From contig JAFUQJ010000018.1 of assembly GCA_017480995.1 (NCBI GenBank), forward strand, positions 1-34,091: DNA of 34,091 bases. The letters are read 5' to 3'. The notes beneath the pieces are model-generated. The model searched no databases, was not told the origin of the DNA, and was given only the letters and a program-made list of their open reading frames with translations. This stretch comes from Alphaproteobacteria bacterium (GTDB lineage: Bacteria; Pseudomonadota; Alphaproteobacteria; RF32; CAG-239). Below, one piece after another: positions 26,282 through 34,091 of this stretch. Made by a program: the position numbers and the translations under genes. Positions within the stretch are counted from its first letter, which is position 1, and each line of letters opens with the position of its first letter.

Positions 26282-26811
26282 TGCTTTGTTCCTTGAGGCG
26301 TCGGCGCAGGCCTCTGCGGCGCGGGAGCCGCGGCGGGCTGGTTTTCCGATTTATGCAGGAGCTTCTCGACCACCTGGTCCATCGACATGCCGGCGCCGAC
26401 CGTCGGATCGACGGATTTGTCCTGCGCGCCGAGCGCTTCTTTAAACTTTTTGAGTTCGTCTTTGTCTTGTTTAATCATGTCGGGAGAAGCGTTGTTTTGC
26501 AGTTCGGTCTTAAATTCTGACAGGTTTTTTTTGAGCGCGTTGATGCCGCCGGCCATTTTCTTTTCGACATACGGATAAAGCTGCTGATGAGACAGGATAT
26601 ATTCGCCGGTTTCGCTGATTTCTTCAAGCAGGTCGAGAATATAGCCGTAATGCTCGTATTCCTCCATGGCAATATTGCCCTTGCGCACGCACCGGGCGGC
26701 CACGCGCGAAATCGTTCTGTCATAATAGTCTTTCAACAAAATATAGTTGTCGACATACCACAAGTCGTCATTTCGTCCTTTGCCGCTGCTGAAAGAATTA
26801 CTCTGTTCCAT
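26278..26811 (-). CDS. Hypothetical cytoplasmic helical protein
   Basis: RBS GAGGAG before ATG 26811; ATGA overlap with the secretin-like gene. Confidence 0.75.
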   Translation of the reverse strand: MEQSNSFSSGKGRNDDLWYVDNYILLKDYYDRTISRVAARCVRKGNIAMEEYEHYGYILDLLEEISETGEYILSHQQLYPYVEKKMAGGINALKKNLSEFKTELQNNASPDMIKQDKDELKKFKEALGAQDKSVDPTVGAGMSMDQVVEKLLHKSENQPAAAPAPQRPAPTPQGTKQ

Positions 26812-26879
26812 CTTATGCTCCTCGTTCAATACGCTCTCGCTTCTAATCTAATTGAGACGGCGTCGTTTGTAAATTGATT

Positions 26880-29459
26880 TTAATCTTTTATAACACCCTT
26901 TTGATACGGATCGTCCTCGGCGCCGGCCGCGGAATCCGTAATGCTCAGGTTATAGGCGGCTCCCTGCGGCAGTGTATTGGCCGAAATCGTTGCGCCGTCA
27001 AAACTCGGATTCTGATAGAACAAGTCGCCGCAGCAGACGGCTGACTGCTGCAGGATCGGTTCCAGATTGTCGTTGCCGTAATTGATGTTGGCCGCTTCGG
27101 GTTCGTCCTCAATATATTCCCAAACCCATTCTTCGCCTTCGCCGTCGGAAGCGCCGCTCTCGGTGTCAACAGCCTCTTCCGCGTCGTCAAACGCGGCTGC
27201 AGCAGCCGGAGCCGTCTTGGTTTCCGCTTCTCCGCTGCCGAAGCCCCAGTCGTCGGCGGAAAATTCGTTGTCCGCAAGGACAGGCGCAAAATCGGAAGCC
27301 TCGGCGGAGCTTTCTTCTTCAACCGAGCCGAGCCAGTTGGCGCCGATGTTTTCATCCGCGGTTGTGTTAATAAAATCGTCGTCGGTGTCGTCAAGACCGA
27401 GCTCTTCGTCCGACGGCAGCTCGTCCATCGGCGGGGCCGAGGCGGTCATCGCACTCAGAATATCGCGTTCGCCGTCGGTTTCGTCTCTTGCTTCCGGAGC
27501 TGTTTCTTCGACCGGAACTTCTTCAATCATGTCGGGTGCGGTCTCGCTTTCCGTTGTCAGCGGAAAATCCTCGTCCGGCAGAGCGATGTCCGTGTCCGCC
27601 AGCTCAATTTCCGCTGCCGGAGCCGCCAAAACTTCGCTTAATTCCGCTTCCGCAGATTTTTTCTTTTTTTTCTTCTTCGGCGCGGGTTCTTCCGTGACAT
27701 CCGCGGCCGAAAACGTTTCTGCGGCCGGAATATCGGGCTGTTCCGCCGCTTCTTCCGGTTGGTCGTCGGCCAGTTCGAACAACGGCGCGGCCTGAGCTGC
27801 CGGTTCTTCGGCGGGGGCCTCGTCTTTGTCGGGCGAAATGCCTTTTGTTTCAAACGTTTCCGGAGCCGGCTGCAGATGCGGCAGATTGTCGCTCATCCGC
27901 ACATGCCGCGGCGGCGTGATTTCCGAAATGTCGATAATGTCGTCGATTTCGGGTTCCCCGACCGGGCCGTGTCCGTGCGCAAACGGACGGTTGTAAGCGC
28001 CGGACGAATTCTCGGCGGCCGTATTGGCCGGCGTCTGTACGATGACCGGATTCGCCTTGAGCGCCTCAATCAGGCTCTGGGTTGAAAGTTTTTGGCTTTC
28101 TTTAAGCGCAAGCGTAATCATCGAGCCGAGTTCTTCGGTCTGCGATTTTGCCATCTCGCGGTAAAGTTCGGATTGTGTGGCGACCGCGTCTTGCAGCATT
28201 TTGCCGATTTTTTCGCCGTCAAAATCAAAGTTGGCCGCAATTGGTGTCGCAGCCGAAACCGGCGCTGCCGCCGGAACCGCAGCGGGAGCGGCCGGAGCAG
28301 TCGCAAAGGCGGATTCGGGAAGGGAAACGCTGATTTGCAGATTGGCCAGTTTTTCGACAATCTGGTTCAGCTGCTGCGAATAGTCGGTCGTGTTAATCTG
28401 AATGTTGTTGGCGTTGTTGCTGCTGGCCGCGGCGTTGCCGGAATTTTGGTTCAGCGTGTTGTGCTGAACCATAAAATTCATCATCTGCTGTTGAGATTCG
28501 TTTATCAGTCTGGCGATTTCGAGCGTGTCGTTTTTTTGGCGTTCGCTCAAAACAGCAATCGTTTTGCCGAAGTTTTCCTGCGAATTCAAAATTGCCTGGC
28601 TGATTTGCTTGAAGCCGTCTTCGCTGAGCGCCGCCGGTGCCGGCTGGGGAGCTTGGGCAGGGGCGGCCGCTTTGGTCGAAATCGCTTCTGCGGCGGCCTC
28701 AACCTTGCCGAGCCTCTGCGCCAGCTGTTGCTGACCGCTGACCAGAACCTTAATCAGATTCTGCGTCTCGTCGCTGGCCGCGGCAAGCGCAGCCTGCGGC
28801 TGACCGGACGCGGCCGCTATTTTTTTCTCAGATTCGCTGATAGCCTTGTATATGCTTTGCATTTCCTGCCGCTGCTGGGCGCTCTCGTTTTGCAGAACTT
28901 TGACGATTTGCAGCTGCGTCTGCCCGAGCGTCTGGATAATATTGCGGATGTCGTCTTTCTGCGCGGCGTTGTTTTTCTGCATCGCGTCGGCCAGCGTTGC
29001 CGCGAATGTGGCGGCAAAATCTTTGTCCAGCGAGAGTTTGGAGGGGGCTGCCGCAATTACGCCCGCCGCGGGAGCCGCGGCCGCCGGTGCCGCCTGTATC
29101 TTGGCGGTGGCCTGGGCCTGAGCTTCGGCCAGAGCGGTTGCCAGAATCTTTGCTTTGGATACTTCTTCGTCGTCAACGTTTGCGGCCGTCGGCGCTTTGG
29201 ATTTCTCAACGCCTTCTTTCTCGGCCAGTTCGTCAACATAGTCCTGAAGCAGGGCGCCGCCCGGCAGCGAGCCGAACAGACCGCGGATATCGGCCGGCAG
29301 CTCCAGCAGCATTTTGTTAAAGGCAGCCTTGCGTTCCGGCGTAAAGATGTGAATCTGCCGGTAAATGTTCAAAAAGCGCTGCGCAATGACGACCGGATCT
29401 TCTTCTCCGTTTCGCTGGGCCTTGCGGCGCGCTTCCGCTGCTTTGTCAATTTCTGCCAT
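26880..29459 (-). CDS. Large hypothetical protein: helical N-domain, Q/A coiled coils, acidic disordered C-half
   Basis: 859-aa ORF with host-like codon use; no TM or signal peptide; poly-K patch; GEEWVWEYIED motif. Confidence 0.85.
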   Translation of the reverse strand: MAEIDKAAEARRKAQRNGEEDPVVIAQRFLNIYRQIHIFTPERKAAFNKMLLELPADIRGLFGSLPGGALLQDYVDELAEKEGVEKSKAPTAANVDDEEVSKAKILATALAEAQAQATAKIQAAPAAAAPAAGVIAAAPSKLSLDKDFAATFAATLADAMQKNNAAQKDDIRNIIQTLGQTQLQIVKVLQNESAQQRQEMQSIYKAISESEKKIAAASGQPQAALAAASDETQNLIKVLVSGQQQLAQRLGKVEAAAEAISTKAAAPAQAPQPAPAALSEDGFKQISQAILNSQENFGKTIAVLSERQKNDTLEIARLINESQQQMMNFMVQHNTLNQNSGNAAASSNNANNIQINTTDYSQQLNQIVEKLANLQISVSLPESAFATAPAAPAAVPAAAPVSAATPIAANFDFDGEKIGKMLQDAVATQSELYREMAKSQTEELGSMITLALKESQKLSTQSLIEALKANPVIVQTPANTAAENSSGAYNRPFAHGHGPVGEPEIDDIIDISEITPPRHVRMSDNLPHLQPAPETFETKGISPDKDEAPAEEPAAQAAPLFELADDQPEEAAEQPDIPAAETFSAADVTEEPAPKKKKKKKSAEAELSEVLAAPAAEIELADTDIALPDEDFPLTTESETAPDMIEEVPVEETAPEARDETDGERDILSAMTASAPPMDELPSDEELGLDDTDDDFINTTADENIGANWLGSVEEESSAEASDFAPVLADNEFSADDWGFGSGEAETKTAPAAAAAFDDAEEAVDTESGASDGEGEEWVWEYIEDEPEAANINYGNDNLEPILQQSAVCCGDLFYQNPSFDGATISANTLPQGAAYNLSITDSAAGAEDDPYQKGVIKD

Positions 29460-29486
29460 CGGTTGTCTTCAGGTTAAACTTTATCC

Positions 29487-29527
29487 ATAATACCGATTTT
29501 AAAGAAATGATGTAAATTTCTGGTTAA
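29487..29527 (-). promoter_or_regulatory. Putative promoter with overlapping CtrA-like box
   Basis: On the - strand: TTTACA (29516-29511), 18 nt, TATTAT (29492-29487). TTAAccagaaaTTTAC (29527-29512) is one mismatch from TTAA-N7-TTAAC. Confidence 0.4.
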
Positions 29528-29535
29528 TAAAAACG

Positions 29536-29562
29536 AAAAAAGCTCCGCAAAACGGAGCTTTT
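29536..29562 (-). terminator. Rho-independent terminator after the XRE gene
   Basis: AAAAGCTCCG-caaaa-CGGAGCTTTT perfect inverted repeat with a T6 tract on the - strand, 20 nt past the stop codon. Confidence 0.85.
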
Positions 29563-29581
29563 GACAGGGGTTTCGCGGGTT

Positions 29582-30553
29582 CTAGAGGCTGATGAAAACA
29601 ACCTTGTGAACTTTTTGCAGATCGTTGTTGCTCAGTTCGATTTTTTCTTCGGGATTCCAGCGGATTCCGTAGAGCATGCCCTGATCGTCTTCGCGAACGG
29701 AAACAATCGCCGCTTCGTTTTCGGAAAGGTAATAAACCGCAATGTCGCCGACGCTGACCACTTCCTGCGGATTGACATACAGAATGGAGCGGCTCGGCAG
29801 CAGCGAACCGAGACGGCGCGTGCACAAGGTTACGGCATAAGCGTCTTTTTTGCCGTTCAGCTGGGCCGGACGGAAGACCTTTTTGATTTCTTCTTTAAAA
29901 TCAATGATGATATTGCCGTTTTTGCCGGCGGCACCGTAAACCGGAACGCGCGAATTGTCCTGCGCGCTGGCGCCGAAAGAGGCGATTGCGCCGCGCGGAT
30001 TGGACAACAGTTTGTATTTTGCGTCGTTACGCTGAATGATTTCTTCCAGCATGCCCTTTTCATCCAGACTCTTGATTTCTTTTTTGAGTTCGTCCAAGGG
30101 CATCTGCAGGGCTTTGGCAATGTTTTTGAGCTCTTTGTCGGAGACTTCTCTTTGTCCCATTTCGATACGGTGGTATACGGACAAGGTCATGTCGGCGCTT
30201 TCGGCCACTTCTATCAGGGTGAGGTTTTTGTCGTTGCGGATCTGCCGCAGTCCGGCGCCGAGCGTTTTCAAGCCGGTTTTTTCATTGATTTTGTTGCGGC
30301 GTTCCTGCTCGCGGCGCCAGGCCTGAACGATTTCTTCCTGAGAATTTTGCTCGTTGACAAACAAATCCTGCAACGGACAGTCCAAGAACTCGGCGACGCG
30401 CACCAGCTGCTCCTGATCCACCCGGCGATATCCTTTTTCGATTTTGGAAATTGCCGACAGGCTGACGTTCAGATGATCGGCCAGTTCCTGCATGGAGCGG
30501 CCGCGCAGGCGGCGATACATTCTGATTTGATTCGGGAAAATAATTTCTTCCAT
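29582..30553 (-). CDS. XRE-family regulator with two HTH domains and a degenerate S24 domain
   Basis: HTH1 SMQELADHLNVSLSAISKIEKG; HTH2 TLIEVAESADMTLSVYHRIEMG; C-terminal VPVYG...RP...DAYAV...LYVNP...GD. RBS GAGGA before ATG 30553. Confidence 0.9.
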   Translation of the reverse strand: MEEIIFPNQIRMYRRLRGRSMQELADHLNVSLSAISKIEKGYRRVDQEQLVRVAEFLDCPLQDLFVNEQNSQEEIVQAWRREQERRNKINEKTGLKTLGAGLRQIRNDKNLTLIEVAESADMTLSVYHRIEMGQREVSDKELKNIAKALQMPLDELKKEIKSLDEKGMLEEIIQRNDAKYKLLSNPRGAIASFGASAQDNSRVPVYGAAGKNGNIIIDFKEEIKKVFRPAQLNGKKDAYAVTLCTRRLGSLLPSRSILYVNPQEVVSVGDIAVYYLSENEAAIVSVREDDQGMLYGIRWNPEEKIELSNNDLQKVHKVVFISL

Positions 30554-30597
30554 CTGAGAATTCCTCACAACAATATGATACCAATATCTGCTGATAA

Positions 30598-30679
30598 TAG
30601 TAATCATTGCAAAATATTAATCAAGAAAATAGTACAAAAAAAGACAATTTGTGTACAAATTTTGTTGCTATTGTGTCAA
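30598..30679 (-). promoter_or_regulatory. Promoter/operator region of the XRE gene
   Basis: Minus-strand TTGACA (30679-30674) and TTGATT-16-TACTAT; inverted repeat AATTTGT-gt-ACAAATT at 30646-30661. Confidence 0.4.
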
Positions 30680-30695
30680 GAAATTCCGTCTTGTC

Positions 30696-33344
30696 CTAAC
30701 CGTTGTAGCGCTCAAACTCATACATGTGGGCATAGGCCATTTCATTGCCGTTGGCGGCGGCAAAACTGCGGGCGTTCTTAATTTCGTCTTCGCTGAAAAT
30801 GCTGGTGTTCAGGCCCTCGTTGAGTTTTGAATAACGCTTGGTTTTGTTGTAGTAGTCGTAATAGGCCGAATACCCGTAGGTTTCGCGGACGGATTCTGCG
30901 TCGGCGGACTGCTGCCAGTTCTGCATGTCGACGTCTTCGACCTTGCCGTTGATGCGGAACGTCCGCTTGCGGTTAATCACGCCGTCGGTTGCCAGACTGG
31001 TGCCGCGGCCTTTTTTGTCAATCTGCGTCATTTCGGTCATCATGCGCCCTTCGTCCATGCGCGTTTTGACAATCGTTCTGGAACCGTCGGCATGCGTCTC
31101 TTCAAAGCCGATAATGTTGCCGTTGTTGTCGCGAATGGCTTTTTGCTGAACATAAGCGTGGTTTTTCATGTTCATTTTGGTGTTGGGAATTGTCTTGGCC
31201 GCGATTTGTTTTTGCAGCGCAATCATCAGCTGTTCTTCATTGGGCTGCCCTTTAACCGCTTCCATAGCCTTCTGGTAGTTTTCCTGATTGACGGCGCCGT
31301 TCTTTTCAAACATCTTGTTCAGGAACGGGCTGTTGGCCGTGACTTCGTCGTTGTACGAGGTGATGTTTCCGTCTTTGTCGCGTTTTACCTCGGTCGTTAT
31401 GGTAAAGTTTTTGTTTTTGACTTTGGTAACGGTCTCTGTTCCGGTCGCCTTAAAACCCTTAAAAGGATTAATACTGTGCGTCTTTCTGATTTTGCTTTCG
31501 GTCACGGTTTTGCGGCCGTCGGCGGTTTCCGTCAGCGACAAGGTTTTGGAGCGTCTGCGCAGCCAGGATTTCGTATTGTAAGTATAAGTGCCGGTAGCCG
31601 CGTCATAAGTGCCCTTTTTCTTGATACGGTCGGCCTGACGGCTGATTCTCGCCTGACGAATGCCTCCGGCCAGACCGGCGCCGGCGCGTTTGGTCAGATT
31701 CCATGCCTTGTCGGCGGCGGCCGAAACCGGCTTGTCCAAAACTTTGGTTGCGGCGCTCTTGGTAAACGAGCCGGCCATTGTGCCGATGGAACTGCCGATT
31801 TTGGTGCTCGTAATGCTGCCCGAAAATTGTTTGGCGAAATCCGTTGCCTCGCCGATAACGCTCCAGGCCAGGATCAGAACAAAGCAAACTTCCAGGAATT
31901 TTGAAGAAAACCAGGATAACTCGTTGAGAAGGAGTTCCATCTCAACGCCTTTGGCATATTCTTTAAACAAGGTATCCGTATTGGCCGTTGCGTTGGTAAT
32001 GATTTGTTCCAGCGCGGTGGTTACCATCAGCGCAATCAGCGACACAAACACAAAGGCAAACATCGCGTTGATAAACGTCTCCCAGACTTTGCCGGTATAT
32101 TGCCGCGTCGCTTTGAAGGCATAGGCGCCGATGGCAAACGGGAGAAGCGAGCCGGCCACTGCCAGCTGCAGCACGGAGTCGATCATCATAAACGGCACCG
32201 CCAGCAGAATCAGCATGCCGCCCACCCACAGGCCGATTCCGACCAGCAGATAACCGAGATGAGGAATAATAAAAGCTCTTTTTTGCCATGAATAACAAAT
32301 ACTGGCGCTGCCCAGAGCCTTAACCCGCGCCGCCCGGTTTTGGATCAGTCCCATCGTGCAGAGGACGCCTTCTCCCATTTCGGTCGGCAGCGCGCCTTCT
32401 TTTTCGGTGCTCGGGAGATTATATTTGGTCATGCTTTCGCATTTGTATTCGTCAACTTCGGCTTTAACTTCGGAAGTATTTGTCGTTTTTGCCTTTTGCA
32501 GGGCGTCATTGGAGCCGCTGCCTGCCTGTTCCGGCGTTAGAATCGCTTCCGCCGCGCTCATTCCGGTATTGAATATCGGGCTGAGTGCATCATTAAGAAA
32601 AGAAAAGGCGCCGGATTGCAGCAAAACGACCGCAATCAAAACAAACAGACTCTGGGTAATGATTGCCAACACCAGATCTTTGAGATCGCGGACTTCCGGC
32701 GAGGATACAAAAGCCAAAATCTGCAAAGCAATCCAGACTGCAAAACCGATAATAACCACTTTGTAAACCGAGCCGGAATAGCCGTCTATCGCTTTGCGTG
32801 TCATAACGCTGGCAGCGCGGAAAAACGTGGCAAACAGCGGACAGAAAGTACACTTGCCTTTGACTTCATCGTAGTAACATTTAGGCGAGCATTTGGTATC
32901 AGAGCTTTTACAAGCATTTGCTAATTTGAATAACATGTTCTTTTGCGAGTTGAGATTCGCTATTTTAACGTTTAGTTTTGATGCTGAAGCCGCATCCTTA
33001 GTTTGATGTAAGGCTTCTTTGGTCGCCGCAATTTCTTCATCAATTTCGGCATTGCGTTTTTGTATCAGGCGGTCTTTATCAACATCAAGATATTCATTAT
33101 ACAACTCCGTGGTTCTTGCTTCTCTTTTTTCAGCCGGAATGTTGGCCACGGTTGTCATTAGTTTATCAAGCTCTTCTGTCTCAGCTTCCGTACGGTTTGC
33201 TTTATAGAGCAATTCCTCCGCTCGTTCTATATATTGAGTATAATCTTGAGCATAAGAAAATTGAGAGAATGCAATAATAGCCCAAATCGTCAGAAACAAA
33301 ATTTTGACGTTTATTTTCTTGAATATGCCCAATACGTTAGTCAT
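30696..33344 (-). CDS. virB6: VirB6/TrbL-like polytopic membrane protein with long N- and C-terminal extensions
   Basis: Signal peptide, CTFCPLF motif, about six TM segments, and LLPFAIGAYAFKATRQYTGKVWETF resembling the VirB6 P.....F..T......W loop. Basic hydrophilic tail. Confidence 0.7.
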   Translation of the reverse strand: MTNVLGIFKKINVKILFLTIWAIIAFSQFSYAQDYTQYIERAEELLYKANRTEAETEELDKLMTTVANIPAEKREARTTELYNEYLDVDKDRLIQKRNAEIDEEIAATKEALHQTKDAASASKLNVKIANLNSQKNMLFKLANACKSSDTKCSPKCYYDEVKGKCTFCPLFATFFRAASVMTRKAIDGYSGSVYKVVIIGFAVWIALQILAFVSSPEVRDLKDLVLAIITQSLFVLIAVVLLQSGAFSFLNDALSPIFNTGMSAAEAILTPEQAGSGSNDALQKAKTTNTSEVKAEVDEYKCESMTKYNLPSTEKEGALPTEMGEGVLCTMGLIQNRAARVKALGSASICYSWQKRAFIIPHLGYLLVGIGLWVGGMLILLAVPFMMIDSVLQLAVAGSLLPFAIGAYAFKATRQYTGKVWETFINAMFAFVFVSLIALMVTTALEQIITNATANTDTLFKEYAKGVEMELLLNELSWFSSKFLEVCFVLILAWSVIGEATDFAKQFSGSITSTKIGSSIGTMAGSFTKSAATKVLDKPVSAAADKAWNLTKRAGAGLAGGIRQARISRQADRIKKKGTYDAATGTYTYNTKSWLRRRSKTLSLTETADGRKTVTESKIRKTHSINPFKGFKATGTETVTKVKNKNFTITTEVKRDKDGNITSYNDEVTANSPFLNKMFEKNGAVNQENYQKAMEAVKGQPNEEQLMIALQKQIAAKTIPNTKMNMKNHAYVQQKAIRDNNGNIIGFEETHADGSRTIVKTRMDEGRMMTEMTQIDKKGRGTSLATDGVINRKRTFRINGKVEDVDMQNWQQSADAESVRETYGYSAYYDYYNKTKRYSKLNEGLNTSIFSEDEIKNARSFAAANGNEMAYAHMYEFERYNG

Positions 33345-33355
33345 CGCCTTATTCC

Positions 33356-34091
33356 CTACTTGTCCTTGTCGCCTTCGGGCTTTTTATTACGGGTGCCGAA
33401 TTCGTTATAAGCCTTGTCGGTTGCATCTCCGGCCTTTTTGGCGGCATCTCCGGCTTTTTCAACGCCTTTTCCGGCCATCTCAACGCCCTTGCCCGCCATT
33501 TCTGTCGCTTTCCCGGCTGCCATCATCGCGCCGCCGACCACATTGCCGACCACCGGAATGGCCTGCAGTCCTTTGCCTGCCGCAGACAAGCCTTTGCCGA
33601 TTCCCTGAACACCTTTGCCGGCGGCCTGAGCAACTTTGCCGGCTCCTTTGGCCGCGCTGCCGGCTCCGCGCATTCCGCGTCCGGCAAGCGTTTTGGAATT
33701 GCCGCTGCCTTTGCCGGCCATGCTTTTGGCAAATCCGACGGCTTTTCCGGGCAGGCCTTTGAGAGCGTTTCCGGCCTGATTGAGCGCAATATCCCGTGCA
33801 TATCCGACCGGCTTCATCGCCTGATCTTTTGCCCAGCGTGAAGCTGCCGTCGCCCACTGGTGCATCGGATTCGTCTCGCCGAAGGCCTTGTCGGGGAAGA
33901 ATTTGTTGACTAAATCCGGCACGGTGTTTTGAACCAGTTTGAACGAATACAGGAACGCAAACAACAGCATCACAAATGTTGTGCTGAACAAAGACAGTTT
34001 GGCGGCAGCGTAATCCAGATCCGGTTCATGATCATTTCTGTAATTCTTCGCATCGACAGCCTTGCTTTGGATAGAACCGGATTCATCCATA
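33356..34091 (-). CDS. C-terminal part of a second probable VirB6/TrbL-like protein (partial)
   Basis: Frame open to the window edge. Last TM followed by VPDLVNKFF and a G/A/K-rich tail as in TrbL/VirB6 proteins; 11 nt upstream of the next virB6-like gene. Confidence 0.6.
   Translation of the reverse strand, partial: MDESGSIQSKAVDAKNYRNDHEPDLDYAAAKLSLFSTTFVMLLFAFLYSFKLVQNTVPDLVNKFFPDKAFGETNPMHQWATAASRWAKDQAMKPVGYARDIALNQAGNALKGLPGKAVGFAKSMAGKGSGNSKTLAGRGMRGAGSAAKGAGKVAQAAGKGVQGIGKGLSAAGKGLQAIPVVGNVVGGAMMAAGKATEMAGKGVEMAGKGVEKAGDAAKKAGDATDKAYNEFGTRNKKPEGDKDK
33410..33670 (-). repeat. Coding 7-aa (21-nt) repeat G(K/D)(G/A)xxxA
   Basis: GKGVQGI GKGLSAA GKGLQAI ... GKATEMA GKGVEMA GKGVEKA GDAAKKA GDATDKA. 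Confidence 0.75.

Noticed and set aside
27657-27677. T-rich tract as a phase-variation site
   Set aside because: It is an interrupted run (longest T9) encoding a poly-Lys patch, and the frame is intact.
29582-30553. Prophage repressor marking a prophage or ICE
   Set aside because: There are no phage, integrase or att features, the gene has its own terminator, and the catalytic residues appear lost.

Overview
This window is a chromosomal-looking type IVA secretion (virB/rvh-like) locus, probably from an alphaproteobacterium (inferred from the Cys-containing SPOR domain and rickettsia-like gene order). No integrase, transposase, relaxase, virD4, virB2, RNA gene or CRISPR array was recognised. 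The + strand (1-24183) carries the 3' end of a probable virB3, then virB4, then six exported coiled-coil proteins with VirB5/TrbJ-like features, the first split by a single in-frame TAG. These are followed by virB8, a virB7-like lipoprotein, a second virB8, virB9 fused to a SPOR domain, a ~1100-aa membrane-anchored Ig-like protein with 17-aa beta repeats, a 1515-aa VirB10 carrying ~1070 aa of the same repeats, and virB11. The convergent - strand block encodes two VirB6-like proteins (one partial), a double-HTH XRE regulator with an apparently inactive S24 domain, an acidic low-complexity protein, a small hypothetical, a short secretin-like lipoprotein and a membrane protein with a LysM-like end. 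The main candidate novelty is a T4SS whose core is extended by about 2000 aa of repeats split over two genes, with an array of putative pilus-tip paralogues. All assignments come from reading motifs by eye; no searches were run.
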